Of a DNA stretch of 64,000 nt, positions 1 to 10,218 are shown in pieces (the first letter of the stretch is position 1; each line of letters starts with the position of its first letter). The position numbers were made by a program, and so were the translations under genes. The stretch covers positions 202,403 to 266,402 of the forward strand of contig CAYMOT010000001.1 in NCBI GenBank assembly GCA_964392315.1, given 5' to 3'. The notes beneath the pieces are model-generated. The model ran no database searches, was not told the DNA's origin, and worked only from the letters and a program-made list of their open reading frames with translations. Source of the stretch: an uncultured Candidatus Saccharibacteria bacterium. GTDB lineage: Bacteria; Patescibacteriota; 4484-211; JAGQKX01.

Positions 1-2268
1 TTTGAGAATGTAACAAAGCTTGTAGTGCAAGGGACATATCCTGAAAGCCTCGATTTGAGAATACGATAAATAGTTTATTGCATGCGGTATTGGAGGTTCT
101 GACTCATCCTGGGTATGCTGATGCGTGTCTACCCAATTAAAGAGCGGTAATGTTTTTTCCTGTTCTTCAGGTGCATACACGTACCTTGAGAGATCTTCTC
201 CTAACGCTTCGTATACAAAAGGCGACAGCTTTTTGGGACGTTTTGCATCTCCGTAAAACTTTGCACCAGTCATGTACAACAAATCCTTCGCGCGTGTCAT
301 TCCCACATAGAACAGGCGGCGTTCTTCTTGCTCGTGAATGTCTTTCTCGGGGAGTGGTTCTTTTGCCAAAGCGTCCGGAATAGGGATTTGATCCTTCCGT
401 CGACGAGTGGGAAAACGATCGGTTACTACATTTACCAAAAACACGACAGAAAATTCTAATCCTTTTGCGGAATGCACCGTCAGAATGTTGACCGCGTCAC
501 GGGTAGTCCAGTCAATTTCAGATGCAATGGGGCTTTCCCCCTGATCCCACACAAATTCAAGGTATTCCACCCAGTCATACACCGTTGCATCGGGTTGTTT
601 TAGCTCAAACGCACGTAGTTGGTCAAAAAATTTTGAAATATTCTGCACCTCCCGCTGTTGTTTTTCAGTAGTAACTTTTTGGTAAAGATCCAATAGGCCA
701 GTGTCTTCGAAGAAGTAATACAACAGCTGTCCGGGAGAAACACTCGGCACTCGTTCTATGTGCCTAACTAATATATCTCGCAACTTTATCAGTTTACGTT
801 CGGTCTCTACGTCCCGCCATGCTGGTTTTGTCTCTAATGTATCAATCTGCTCCAAAGCCTCAAAGAGTGACGAGTTGAGTGTGCCGGCCCACGCAACCAG
901 TGCGGCAATGTCACGCCGATCGATTTTAAAAAACTCCTTAGTCAGGAGTCGATACATCGAAACGTCATCTTTGAAGTTCACCAACACGCGGTAAAAAGCA
1001 ATCAAGTCTTTTATTTCTGCTTGCCCATATAGCTTGCCGGGCCCCAAAAATTGGAATGGAATGCCATGGCGAGCAAAGGCTCTGGTATATACATCCGCAT
1101 GGTTGTTTGCGCGTACGAGAATGGCGACATCTTTCCAAGAATAATCAGCTGACTGCTGAACCAACCGTCTTATTTCGCCGGCAACCATATCAGCCTCATC
1201 TTCGCCTCGTTCAGTAAATATAATCCTCGGCTCGGTACCTGGCCCCTTTGCTGCCCGTAACTTCTTTTGAATATTCTCTTTTATTTCTAAACGATCGGGA
1301 TTGTTGTGCGCGACCAACGAATATGAGTGATCGAGAATAGCCTGCGTACTCCGATAATTGTCTGTTAATACGACAACGTGAGCCTCCGGAAACTGCATAC
1401 GAAATGCCATGGCGTTGTATACTGCAGCACCACGAAAGCGATAAATTGACTGGTCGTCATCCAAAAATACCGCAATCCGACGGTGGACACTCGCGAGGAA
1501 ATGCACCATTTCTGTTTGTGGATAATTAGTATCTTGATATTCGTCCACCAAGATGTATTTAAATTGCTCTTGATATTTTTTCAACACATCGGGGCGTTCT
1601 CGGAAAAGCCGTAGTGTATGCGTTATCAGATCACCAAAATCCATCACACCTTCTTCGTGCTTAAGCGTTTCATATATTTCATACGCTTTCGCTAATTCTA
1701 TGAACTTTTCACCCTCTTCCTTTGTAATTGTTTGACTGGCGGTCTTTCCTCTTGTGGCTTGGCTATTCGTGTGTTGCTGTTTTGCCCAGCGAAGATAGCC
1801 TGCTGGATCTACGTCTTCATCTTTGAGTCGAGCGAAGTGATCGATTAGTCCTCGTACAAACTTTGAAGGGTTCCCGCGTGGTTTAAAGTATTTCAAATCA
1901 AACCGATCAAGCCGCTTCTTTAAAAAGAGCTGCGCTTCAGCTTGCGATAGCAGCGTAAACCCCGGATCGAGCCCTATCGCAAGCGCTTCATTTCTCAAGA
2001 TCTGCTCACCAAACGAATGGAACGTCATAATCCACGTCTGCACGTACCCCATGGGGAGTGCGACATCTATTCGCTCTTCCATTTCGCGGGCCGCTTTTTC
2101 GGTAAAGGTGAGCGCCAAAATTTCTGAAGGTTTGGCAAGACCATCAGCTATGATTTTTTTTACGCGTTCGGTGAGAACTGTTGTCTTGCCGGTGCCAGCA
2201 CCCGCCACGACCATAAGCGGTCCATCGAGCGTTTCTATTGCATGTCTCTGGTTGGCATTTAACTGCAT
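1..2268 (-). CDS. UvrD/PcrA-family ATP-dependent DNA helicase. The N-terminus is intact (ATG at 2268) and the C-terminus runs off the window start.
   Basis: The reverse-strand translation begins MQLNANQRHAIETLDGPLMVVAGAGTGKTTVLTER. That is a Walker A motif followed by the typical UvrD N-terminus. I traced the reading frame by hand to position 1 with no stop. The C-terminal part (LSYSQIEAFRICPLHYK) resembles the nuclease-like tail of long UvrD/AddA-type helicases. Confidence 0.85.
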   Translation of the reverse strand, partial: MQLNANQRHAIETLDGPLMVVAGAGTGKTTVLTERVKKIIADGLAKPSEILALTFTEKAAREMEERIDVALPMGYVQTWIMTFHSFGEQILRNEALAIGLDPGFTLLSQAEAQLFLKKRLDRFDLKYFKPRGNPSKFVRGLIDHFARLKDEDVDPAGYLRWAKQQHTNSQATRGKTASQTITKEEGEKFIELAKAYEIYETLKHEEGVMDFGDLITHTLRLFRERPDVLKKYQEQFKYILVDEYQDTNYPQTEMVHFLASVHRRIAVFLDDDQSIYRFRGAAVYNAMAFRMQFPEAHVVVLTDNYRSTQAILDHSYSLVAHNNPDRLEIKENIQKKLRAAKGPGTEPRIIFTERGEDEADMVAGEIRRLVQQSADYSWKDVAILVRANNHADVYTRAFARHGIPFQFLGPGKLYGQAEIKDLIAFYRVLVNFKDDVSMYRLLTKEFFKIDRRDIAALVAWAGTLNSSLFEALEQIDTLETKPAWRDVETERKLIKLRDILVRHIERVPSVSPGQLLYYFFEDTGLLDLYQKVTTEKQQREVQNISKFFDQLRAFELKQPDATVYDWVEYLEFVWDQGESPIASEIDWTTRDAVNILTVHSAKGLEFSVVFLVNVVTDRFPTRRRKDQIPIPDALAKEPLPEKDIHEQEERRLFYVGMTRAKDLLYMTGAKFYGDAKRPKKLSPFVYEALGEDLSRYVYAPEEQEKTLPLFNWVDTHQHTQDESEPPIPHAINYLSYSQIEAFRICPLHYKLCYILK

Positions 2269-2289
2269 GGGGTAACTATATCACTTCAA

Positions 2290-2514
2290 CTACCGTAACG
2301 GTGCTAATTTCTCTTCATACTCCTGAATTATTTCTTCGGTCAGCTTAATTTTCCCTTCCAGCACCTTCCGTTTAAAATACCTGGTCTCTGAAGCGAAATC
2401 TTCATGACGGGGTGTTGCGGGAAAACGCTTGAGGTGGGTGTTGTACTCTTGAACAAGCTGCTCAAGTTCCGCTGTATACTGAGAGATTTTTCCCTGGATT
2501 TGCTTCTTTGTCAT
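2290..2514 (-). CDS. Small hypothetical coiled-coil protein (74 aa).
   Basis: ORF packed tightly between the helicase and RmuC on the same strand. It is charged and helical-looking (EELEQLVQEY..., KIKLTEEIIQEYEEK). No recognisable family. Confidence 0.35.
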   Translation of the reverse strand: MTKKQIQGKISQYTAELEQLVQEYNTHLKRFPATPRHEDFASETRYFKRKVLEGKIKLTEEIIQEYEEKLAPLR

Positions 2515-2532
2515 AAGAAATACGGCTTTGGG

Positions 2533-3594
2533 TTACAGCAGTGTATCTGGGTTTGAATTGGGAGTATCTATAGCAATTGACTCAACTGCCTCCCCGAGTG
2601 TCTGGACCGTTTCTATCTTATTTGATAATTGTGAAAATGCATTCTGCGCGCTGTCTGCTTTTGTCTTGGCATTATTCAAATGCGAAACAAGCACCCGAAA
2701 CTCCTCTCCAAACTTTTTGGTGTCCTGTTGAATACTTCGGAGCGAACGCAAAATAAACTGCGCCTGTTCTTCGATCTTCTTCCCCTCAAGCCCAATCATA
2801 ACAACCTTCAAATAGTGGTTGAATTGGTTCGGAGAGACCACGACGACACGACTTTCATGTGCATAGTCAAGGATTTCTGGCGTATTGACAACAATTTCAT
2901 ACGCGATCGATTCTGACGGAACATACATTAAGGCAAAATCTACCGTGCCTTCCTGGGGGAGAATATATTTACTCGAAATTGACCGAATATGCTTTCGTAC
3001 ATCATTTATAAATAGTTTGCGATATTGATCTTTCTCGTTTTCTTTCTCTGCACTTACCATGTTCCTAAAATTTTCCATTGGAAACTTCGCATCAATGGGA
3101 ATGATGCCCCTGTCAGTTTTAACAATTGCATCAACGATAGTCCCGTCTCTGAAACTATACTGCAGCCCGAAATGATCATGCGGCATAACCTGCTCCAACA
3201 TGTCTTTTAGAATCTGTTCGCCGAGATTTCCACGCAACTTGGGGCTTCGTAAAAACTCTTGTAACCCTTGCATGTGCCGCCCAATTTCGCTCATTTCTCC
3301 TATTGCTTTGTGCACATCCCCCATTGATTTGTTGACGGTGCTGATTACCTTTGCCGCATTATCCAAACGCTCGTTGATACCTCTGTTTGTAACATCTAAC
3401 CGATCCTGCATTTCTTTGCGCGTTTGCCGTGTTTCCTCAAGCATTTGCTGCACCCACTCTTTAAGAAGCTTATTTTGATCCTCGTCAGCTTTTTGCGTAT
3501 GATGTATCTTGGAAATCTGCTGCTGCACAAAAAATACTATTGCTGCTACAGACGCAAGCAGCGCAGCCACGATTATCACTGTTTGTGGTTCCAT
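2533..3594 (-). CDS. rmuC: DNA recombination protein RmuC. The ORF track extends it to 3720 using a TTG start. An ATG at 3594, immediately before a transmembrane segment, is the more likely start (there is also an ATG at 3660).
   Basis: N-terminal transmembrane helix (VIIVAALLASVAAIVFFV), long coiled coil, then RmuC core motifs (GNLGEQILKDMLE, IVDAIVKTDRGIIPIDAKFP). I verified ATG (cat on plus strand) at 3592-3594. Confidence 0.75.
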   Translation of the reverse strand: MEPQTVIIVAALLASVAAIVFFVQQQISKIHHTQKADEDQNKLLKEWVQQMLEETRQTRKEMQDRLDVTNRGINERLDNAAKVISTVNKSMGDVHKAIGEMSEIGRHMQGLQEFLRSPKLRGNLGEQILKDMLEQVMPHDHFGLQYSFRDGTIVDAIVKTDRGIIPIDAKFPMENFRNMVSAEKENEKDQYRKLFINDVRKHIRSISSKYILPQEGTVDFALMYVPSESIAYEIVVNTPEILDYAHESRVVVVSPNQFNHYLKVVMIGLEGKKIEEQAQFILRSLRSIQQDTKKFGEEFRVLVSHLNNAKTKADSAQNAFSQLSNKIETVQTLGEAVESIAIDTPNSNPDTLL

Positions 3595-3645
3595 ATCTGG
3601 TGATTGTAGTATGGCGACTGGTACTACACAAGCCAGACAAATGTT

Positions 3646-4041
3646 ATGCAACGGTACCATCTGCCCATTATTAGCCTCGGTCTTGTATCTACTCTTATTT
3701 GTTATCTGGTGATTACGCAAAAATCTCCCTTTATTATTGACACTGACACACAGGAAGTAGCGCTTAACGTAACCAATCTTGCGTATCTCACAACTGCGTT
3801 ATTTCTGGCACTATTCTCATGGATAAGCATTCTCTGGTACATCTTGGCGCGCCTACGTAAACCCCACTGGCACGCGCGACTTCAAATGCGCACCGGGCTA
3901 AAATTCGGCTTTCTTGTAGGTATTGGTGTTCTAGGAACCGGCGCACTACGTATCAGTCAAACGTTAAATTTTTTTACCGGTATACTTCTCTGGGCCACCC
4001 TTATTGCCATTGCTTGGACTACAAAAAGAAGAGAAGAGTAA
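3646..4041 (+). CDS. Small polytopic membrane protein, hypothetical.
   Basis: 131 aa with three or four hydrophobic helices. It sits in the divergent intergenic space between rmuC and metG. Confidence 0.35.
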   Translation: MQRYHLPIISLGLVSTLICYLVITQKSPFIIDTDTQEVALNVTNLAYLTTALFLALFSWISILWYILARLRKPHWHARLQMRTGLKFGFLVGIGVLGTGALRISQTLNFFTGILLWATLIAIAWTTKRREE

Positions 4042-4112
4042 CCGTGCACATTTAAACCGTCTTTTACGTATTTCTCATTTGCATATTTGTACATTTAGAC
4101 TACAATCCAGCC

Positions 4113-5552
4113 ATGGATAAACAAAAAATTCTCATAACGACCGCTATTGATTACTGCAACGGCGTTATTCACATTGGCCACGCCTATCAAAAAATCCTCG
4201 CAGACGCGCTTGCTCGGCATCTTCGAAAGATATACGGGAAAGACAATGTGTACTTCACCACGGGTACTGACGAATATGGCACGACCAATGAGAAGGCCGC
4301 GCAGGAACGGGGTTTGACACCAAAAGAACACGTTGATGAAATTTCTACGCAGAATAAGGAGCAGTTGGACTCGCTCAATATATCGTATGACCGGTTCATT
4401 CGTACCACTGATCCGGATCATGCACCGTTTGCCCAGGAGTTTTTTACTAAGGCACAGGCTGCAGGAGATGTGTATACAGACAGCTATACTGGCTTTTATT
4501 GTGCCGGATGTGAAGAATACAAGACAAACAGCGAGCTTGATGAAAACAGTCAATGTCCACTCCACCCGACTCGTGAAATTCAAAAGCTGGAAGAAAACAA
4601 TTACTTTTTCTCCTGGTCAAAGCATGCAGATTTCATACGATCATTACTTGAAAAAAAAGAGCTCCTCATCCCGGAAAGCCGCAAAAAAGATATGATCGGG
4701 TTTCTGGACCAAGGACTGGAAGATAAACCAATCAGCAGGCCCAAAGACAAAGTTTCCTGGGGGATCCCCGTACCGGGTGACGACAATCAGGTAATTTATG
4801 TATGGTTTGATGCGTTGGTAAATTACTACACTGCTGCAAAGCCAAACGGTTTTTGGGAAGATGATACTCGCATCATTCACGTATTAGGCAAAGATAACGC
4901 AGTGTTTCATGCGTTGCTCTGGCCGGCGATGCTGCATAGCGTGGGCTACCGCCAGCCTGACACCGTATACGCGCACGGTTTTTTGACTTTAGACGGGCAA
5001 AAAATTAGTAAATCACGCGGTAATATTATACGACCGACTGAATTAGTGGAGAAATACAGTGCGGATGCGGTCAGGTATTATTTTTTAAAGCACGGACCGA
5101 TAGTGGAAGACGTAAACGTCTCAATTGAACATTTCGAAGAGGTCTACACTGCAGATCTAGCAAACGGATTGGGTAATTTAGTTGCTCGGGTTGCAAAGCT
5201 TTTGGAAAAGGCCGGGTATACGATATCTGAGGACACAAAACCAACGTATGAACTTTCCTCTGAACTCCAAAATGCATGGAACCGTTATCGTGTAGACATC
5301 GCGATACAACTCGTCTGGGAACGCATTCGCGCACTCGACAAATACCTTGATGACACAAAGCCATGGGAATTTTTCAAAAGAGAGCCCTTACCAAGCTACG
5401 ACAACATTTGGCAGCATTTGCTTACAGAAATACGCACTATTGGTGTTTTGGTTGAACCATTTATTCCAGAGACTGCACATAAGGTTCAGCAGCAATTCAG
5501 CAAAACGCCTATACATACGTCCGATGTCCTATTCCCACGTCTGCAGCAGTAA
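4113..5552 (+). CDS. metG: Methionyl-tRNA synthetase, short form (479 aa) lacking a C-terminal tRNA-binding domain.
   Basis: Class I HIGH motif (IHIGHAYQ), a zinc-knuckle region (CAGCEEY...QCPLH) and KMSKS (KISKSRGN). Confidence 0.9.
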   Translation: MDKQKILITTAIDYCNGVIHIGHAYQKILADALARHLRKIYGKDNVYFTTGTDEYGTTNEKAAQERGLTPKEHVDEISTQNKEQLDSLNISYDRFIRTTDPDHAPFAQEFFTKAQAAGDVYTDSYTGFYCAGCEEYKTNSELDENSQCPLHPTREIQKLEENNYFFSWSKHADFIRSLLEKKELLIPESRKKDMIGFLDQGLEDKPISRPKDKVSWGIPVPGDDNQVIYVWFDALVNYYTAAKPNGFWEDDTRIIHVLGKDNAVFHALLWPAMLHSVGYRQPDTVYAHGFLTLDGQKISKSRGNIIRPTELVEKYSADAVRYYFLKHGPIVEDVNVSIEHFEEVYTADLANGLGNLVARVAKLLEKAGYTISEDTKPTYELSSELQNAWNRYRVDIAIQLVWERIRALDKYLDDTKPWEFFKREPLPSYDNIWQHLLTEIRTIGVLVEPFIPETAHKVQQQFSKTPIHTSDVLFPRLQQ

Positions 5553-5606
5553 GCATTTTGGCATTACACACTTCTTAATCCTTTCGACTTATCTTAAAAT
5601 ACATAT

Positions 5607-5939
5607 ATGTTCCGATCAAAGCTTTTTGCAACATATTTTACGTTAAGCGCATTTGAGGTTTGTTGTGCATGGTTTTTGTGGTGGTTTAGCCGCGATGCAC
5701 TCCCTGCACGGGTTCCATTTAATTTCCTCGAAAGATGGGGTGAGGGTCAACTCGTCCTTTCATCTACCTTGTGGCAGGTTCCACTGTTTATGACCACTGG
5801 ATTGGGATTGGCATCGCTTTGCGCGTTCTATTATTGGAAAAGAGAAAAGATTTATGGGCAATTTCTTATCACGAGCATTACCTTTGTTAACTTCATTGCG
5901 TTAATGTCGTTTGTGCGAGTAATTGTACGCTTCATCTAA
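5607..5939 (+). CDS. Small membrane protein, possibly DUF1648/SdpI-like.
   Basis: 110 aa with three predicted transmembrane segments. The ORF ends 3 nt before tsaD. Confidence 0.4.
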   Translation: MFRSKLFATYFTLSAFEVCCAWFLWWFSRDALPARVPFNFLERWGEGQLVLSSTLWQVPLFMTTGLGLASLCAFYYWKREKIYGQFLITSITFVNFIALMSFVRVIVRFI

Positions 5940-5942
5940 CCC

Positions 5943-6947
5943 ATGACAATATTAGCAATCGAAACGAGTTGTGACGAAACTGCAGCCGCTCTTGTTAAAG
6001 ACGGTATACATGTTATACGCCAAGCGCTCGCGTCAAGCGCAAAAAAACACCAACTGACTGGTGGCATCGTCCCTGAGGTTGGTGCTCGTCAGCAAGTGCT
6101 CGATATCATTCCCATTCTTCAAGAAACGCTTGCAGATACTTCACCAAACGACCTAGACGCAGTGGCCGTCACCGTAGGTCCAGGTCTGATTGGCTCTCTA
6201 GTGGTAGGGGTTGAAACAGCAAAGGCACTTGCGTGGGCATGGAACAAACCGCTTATTCCCATTGATCACGTCATTGCCCATGCGTATGCACCCTGGATTC
6301 AGGGGACACAACCGACACTTCCCGCACTTTGTCTGATAATTTCGGGAGGGCACACTGAATTTCTCTTCCTAAAAACCCACCGTGACATTGAGTTTTTGGG
6401 TGGCACACGTGATGATGCAGTGGGGGAGGCGTTTGACAAAGTCGCACGTCTTCTGGGCTTACCCTATCCTGGAGGACCAGCAATTGAAACACTTGCCCAT
6501 GCCGGAGATCCTAATGCAATAGATCTTCCCAGACCAATGATAGCCAATGATTCACTCGAGATGTCTTTTTCTGGCTTAAAAACCGCGGTTCGCAATGTGC
6601 TGCCGACATCATCAACCAAGGCAAATATTGCAGCATCATTCCAGCAGGCAGTCATTGACGTTTTGTGCACCAAAACGGCCAAAGCCATTACCAAACACAA
6701 GCCACGCTCACTTATTGTTGCTGGAGGGGTTGCCGCAAATCGCACACTCGCCGAGCAGGTACACAAAGAATTTAGCCAAAAAACCGATGTATATGTCGCC
6801 CCAATTTCATATTCCGTGGATAATGCCGCGGTTATTGGCAGCTGTGCATTTTTTAACTATCAGCCATCACTGGATGTATGTACTGTTGTTGCGGATCCAA
6901 GCTATCATGCAAAACACGTAGGCACCAGTAGATCGCTCTCTTTATAG
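5943..6947 (+). CDS. tsaD: tRNA N6-adenosine threonylcarbamoyltransferase TsaD (Kae1/Gcp family).
   Basis: MTILAIETSCDETAAAL N-terminus, the metal-binding HVIAHAYA motif, and SGGVAAN. Confidence 0.9.
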   Translation: MTILAIETSCDETAAALVKDGIHVIRQALASSAKKHQLTGGIVPEVGARQQVLDIIPILQETLADTSPNDLDAVAVTVGPGLIGSLVVGVETAKALAWAWNKPLIPIDHVIAHAYAPWIQGTQPTLPALCLIISGGHTEFLFLKTHRDIEFLGGTRDDAVGEAFDKVARLLGLPYPGGPAIETLAHAGDPNAIDLPRPMIANDSLEMSFSGLKTAVRNVLPTSSTKANIAASFQQAVIDVLCTKTAKAITKHKPRSLIVAGGVAANRTLAEQVHKEFSQKTDVYVAPISYSVDNAAVIGSCAFFNYQPSLDVCTVVADPSYHAKHVGTSRSLSL

Positions 6948-6949
6948 GT

Positions 6950-8452
6950 ATGTATCGAAGCAGATTCTTTCTTATCTTCCTCTTTTTGTGCAGCTTGGCA
7001 CTTTTTTTATACCCAGACATCGGTACAGACTCGGGTTGGCACCTCAGAGTAGGAGAATATATCGTTACACAGCATAAAATACCCTATACAGACTTTTTGT
7101 CATTCTCCATGGAAGGATATCCGTACGTATACCATAGTTGGTTTACCGAGGTTCTCTTGTTTTTGGCTTATACGGTTGCTGGATTGTGGGGGGTCTCGTT
7201 TTTGTACAGCTTACTGTTCACCTTTGCACTCTACTTTGTGACAAAGACAACACGCCTCTCCTTCAAAAAAGCGTTCATTATTTCACTTGCGTTTGCACCT
7301 GTTATTGTGGGGATTGTCGGTATTCGCACACAAGTAGCCACGTACTTACTTGCAACATTACTTTTACTCATTCTTGAGAGAGCCTCTTCGCTTGAATACC
7401 AAGGCCGTTCTTTTTTTAGATGGCTAACAATTACAAAATTCTGGGCAATCCCCATTATCTTCGTCATCTGGAGCAACGTGCACGGAGGATTTGTGCTCGG
7501 CTTAGTCCTTTTGAGCATATTCTTATTTGCCACAGTTTTTAGTGAATACCTTACTCGTAGAGACCTCAAGGCGGGTTTTTCCCGTTTACCTTTTTACTTC
7601 ACGCTCATTTTCATTTGTATTATCGTGACGGGATTAAACCCATACGGGTTCCGACAACTACAACAAGCTTTTGCGATGCAGACAAACACAACTGCACTTT
7701 CCCAAAACCTAGACTGGCACCCATTATTCCAAGTTCAAACCACTACATTTGCTCATTACTCCATAGATATTCTTGTGGTGGTGCTGGGCATTGCCTCTTT
7801 CATTGGAGCAAGATTGCGAAAAAAATCCCTCAAAGACCAACTTATGCTTGGTGTAATTCTTGTCTTATGCTTTGTAACAACACGATTTGCGCTTCTTCTC
7901 TTGATAGTCGCACTTCCAATCTTAGTCGAAGGGACAGCAAAAATGTTGCAAAGACTCAGAGATAACGGGTTTTTGTATTGGCTCACGCTTGGGTTTACCG
8001 TCACGATCATAAGTGCATCAGCACTTTTTCGTATTGACCAAGCACTCTGTGCAAATAAGTCAGAGTCTTGCTATGCTTGGCTCTCGCGGCTTTCAGCCAT
8101 TTCGGCACACTACCCTTACGATGCAATGGCGTATATGCGCACACATGGCGTGCCATCACGGTTGTTAAATAACTACAACCACGGTGGGTACTTACACTTT
8201 CACTTTCCGGGTCACCAATTCTATATTGATGGCCGTATGGATAATTTTTTTAATGAAGGGAATTCGTTTGTCGAAGAGTATTTACAGCTGATACATGCAA
8301 AAACCGGCTGGGAGGAAATATTTACTCAATATGACTTCAACGCCTACCTGGGAAAGCAATCATGGCTACTTAGTGCAGAACTTGTTAATCGTGGCTGGGT
8401 GCCCGTCGTAAAAGATGACGTAAACGTACTCCTATTGCCGCCTCATCCGTAA
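6950..8452 (+). CDS. Large polytopic membrane protein (500 aa), possibly GT-C-type glycosyltransferase-like. Function unknown.
   Basis: More than ten hydrophobic helices in the first ~330 aa, then a soluble C-terminal domain. The first extracytoplasmic loop has an acidic or His-containing motif (DSGWHLRVGEY). Start is 3 nt after the tsaD stop. Confidence 0.55.
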   Translation: MYRSRFFLIFLFLCSLALFLYPDIGTDSGWHLRVGEYIVTQHKIPYTDFLSFSMEGYPYVYHSWFTEVLLFLAYTVAGLWGVSFLYSLLFTFALYFVTKTTRLSFKKAFIISLAFAPVIVGIVGIRTQVATYLLATLLLLILERASSLEYQGRSFFRWLTITKFWAIPIIFVIWSNVHGGFVLGLVLLSIFLFATVFSEYLTRRDLKAGFSRLPFYFTLIFICIIVTGLNPYGFRQLQQAFAMQTNTTALSQNLDWHPLFQVQTTTFAHYSIDILVVVLGIASFIGARLRKKSLKDQLMLGVILVLCFVTTRFALLLLIVALPILVEGTAKMLQRLRDNGFLYWLTLGFTVTIISASALFRIDQALCANKSESCYAWLSRLSAISAHYPYDAMAYMRTHGVPSRLLNNYNHGGYLHFHFPGHQFYIDGRMDNFFNEGNSFVEEYLQLIHAKTGWEEIFTQYDFNAYLGKQSWLLSAELVNRGWVPVVKDDVNVLLLPPHP

Positions 8453-8465
8453 AGTACATCCAACG

Positions 8466-9347
8466 TTACAGCCCCTGCAGCCAACTTACAATCACGTTGC
8501 CCATCTGCTTTTCTTTTCCTTTGAATGAATGATTGGCTCCTTCAATCCACTCAACTTGTTTTTTCTTAGCGTGAATATTTTCTTCAAACCATTCCACTAA
8601 CTCTAAAACCGGCCGGTCTAGATATTCGTCTTTTTCTCCAAATACTGCAAGGGTTGGAACGGTTACGCTGCGTAATGTTTTTGCCTTCTTACCTGATGCA
8701 TAAGTGAAGATTTCTTCCTTGCTGTTTGGTGTATATAAGCTAAGAAAACGTTGTGCGGATAGAAGTTCCCCAAACAAATCATCTGGTAATAATGTATTCT
8801 TCTTTCCTGATTTAACTAGGAATTTAGCGTAACCTATTTTTTCAGGAAGCTTTGGGTCACCTATTGCAGCAGCGTAGTCACTAAGCGGTGCGAGTAATAG
8901 TACACTTTTTATCTTTGATTGTTTAGGGAGTTGTGAAAGATAGTAAATAGATTTCTGACAGCCAGTAGAGTGACCTATCAAATGAATGTTTTTGACCTTT
9001 AGTTTTTGTAAGTATTGCACAGCAGCATCAATATCAAAAGTACAGTCAGTAAACACCTCAAATGCAGTTCCAATTGACAGGGACACATATCCCTTAGGCT
9101 TTGATTTATCTTCTTTTTTTACTTTATGGATTATGTCAGCTCCTCGTGTATCTATGACGAAAACACCGAATCCTGCACTCGTAAGTACAGGTGCTAGTGC
9201 ATGTATTTGGGTGTTGTTTAGGGCTGAGCCTGTTAGGCCGTGAATATAAATACATACACCTTTCGCATTTTTGGGTACGGTAAGTAAACCGTGCAGTGTT
9301 AATTTATCTTTTGTTTGGAACGAGACTGCCTCGTATCGTACCGCCAT
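8466..9347 (-). CDS. Alpha/beta-fold hydrolase.
   Basis: Nucleophile elbow GHSTG within LIGHSTGCQ. Overall alpha/beta hydrolase architecture (an HGLTGS oxyanion region, and a C-terminal ANHSF containing the catalytic His). Confidence 0.75.
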   Translation of the reverse strand: MAVRYEAVSFQTKDKLTLHGLLTVPKNAKGVCIYIHGLTGSALNNTQIHALAPVLTSAGFGVFVIDTRGADIIHKVKKEDKSKPKGYVSLSIGTAFEVFTDCTFDIDAAVQYLQKLKVKNIHLIGHSTGCQKSIYYLSQLPKQSKIKSVLLLAPLSDYAAAIGDPKLPEKIGYAKFLVKSGKKNTLLPDDLFGELLSAQRFLSLYTPNSKEEIFTYASGKKAKTLRSVTVPTLAVFGEKDEYLDRPVLELVEWFEENIHAKKKQVEWIEGANHSFKGKEKQMGNVIVSWLQGL

Positions 9348-9387
9348 GCACGGATTGTAACATGTGCTAACACGCTATAATTCAATC

Positions 9388-10170
9388 ATGGAAACTAAGC
9401 ATTTTTTGTTAAACGAGAAAAACCAGAAAATTGCTACACTCATTAACTTGCCAGGAGGAATCTTGCAAAGACCGAATGAACTTCCAGCAGTTATCATTGC
9501 CCATGGCCTAAAGGGCTATAAAGAAGAATCTCATCATCAGGATCTGGCTGAAAGACTGTCTCAAAAAGGCTTTGTGGTAGCCAGATTTGATATGCGCGGC
9601 TTTGGAGAAAGCGCGGGAACAATCAAAACCGACTACCGTTTTTCTAACTACCTACTCGACCTAGATGTAGTTTTTTCTTACCTGCTAAACCAGCTTTCTA
9701 TAAAATGCAATCGGGTTGGGCTTTGTGGCACAAGTATGGGGGGAATGGTTGCAATCATTGGTGCAGCAAAACATAGGGAGACCTTTGCACTTGTAAGCAT
9801 TTCTGCCCCAGATAAAGCAACAATAAACGACGATCTCGGTGCACACTTAAGTGAATGGAAAAGAACAGGATTTTTGACCCTACAGGGATCTTTGAAAGGA
9901 AAAATTCGCCTCCCTTATGAATTTGCGAGCGACATCCAACAATACGATATGAAGGAATATATTAAGAAAGTACATATCCCATCACTTTTTATTTGTGGAG
10001 AAATGGATACAACAGTGCCTCCGAAGCTCACGGAGGCAATCTTCAAAGCAGCAAACGAGCCCAAAGAGCTATTCGTTGTAGATACTGCTGACCATTTTTA
10101 TAAAAGAGATACTCAACAAACAGCCCTTATTAATAACAAGGTCGTCGAATTTTTTCTTCAGTATCTATGA
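9388..10170 (+). CDS. Alpha/beta-fold hydrolase. The track start at 9364 is probably an N-terminal over-extension; ATG at 9388.
   Basis: GTSMGG nucleophile elbow, IIAHGL oxyanion region, C-terminal DTADHFY catalytic His. Divergent from the neighbouring hydrolase. Confidence 0.75.
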   Translation: METKHFLLNEKNQKIATLINLPGGILQRPNELPAVIIAHGLKGYKEESHHQDLAERLSQKGFVVARFDMRGFGESAGTIKTDYRFSNYLLDLDVVFSYLLNQLSIKCNRVGLCGTSMGGMVAIIGAAKHRETFALVSISAPDKATINDDLGAHLSEWKRTGFLTLQGSLKGKIRLPYEFASDIQQYDMKEYIKKVHIPSLFICGEMDTTVPPKLTEAIFKAANEPKELFVVDTADHFYKRDTQQTALINNKVVEFFLQYL

Positions 10171-10218
10171 TTCATTGTCATTCAGCCATATATCTCCTAT
10201 AATCCAACCCAGGATATT

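Noticed and set aside
150-994. Plus-strand ORFs 150-383 and 758-994.
   Set aside because: They are embedded antisense in the UvrD-like helicase gene, whose frame I traced continuously from 2268 to position 1.
3595-3720. N-terminal extension of RmuC to the track start at 3720.
   Set aside because: Position 3720 is a TTG codon. The extension encodes a non-hydrophobic leader that overlaps the divergent small membrane-protein ORF region. In-frame ATGs at 3660 and 3594 are more plausible starts.
4095-4583. 162-aa minus-strand ORF overlapping the 5' part of metG.
   Set aside because: It is antisense to a well-supported MetRS coding region (HIGH and KMSKS motifs intact). It has a low-complexity composition and no family resemblance.
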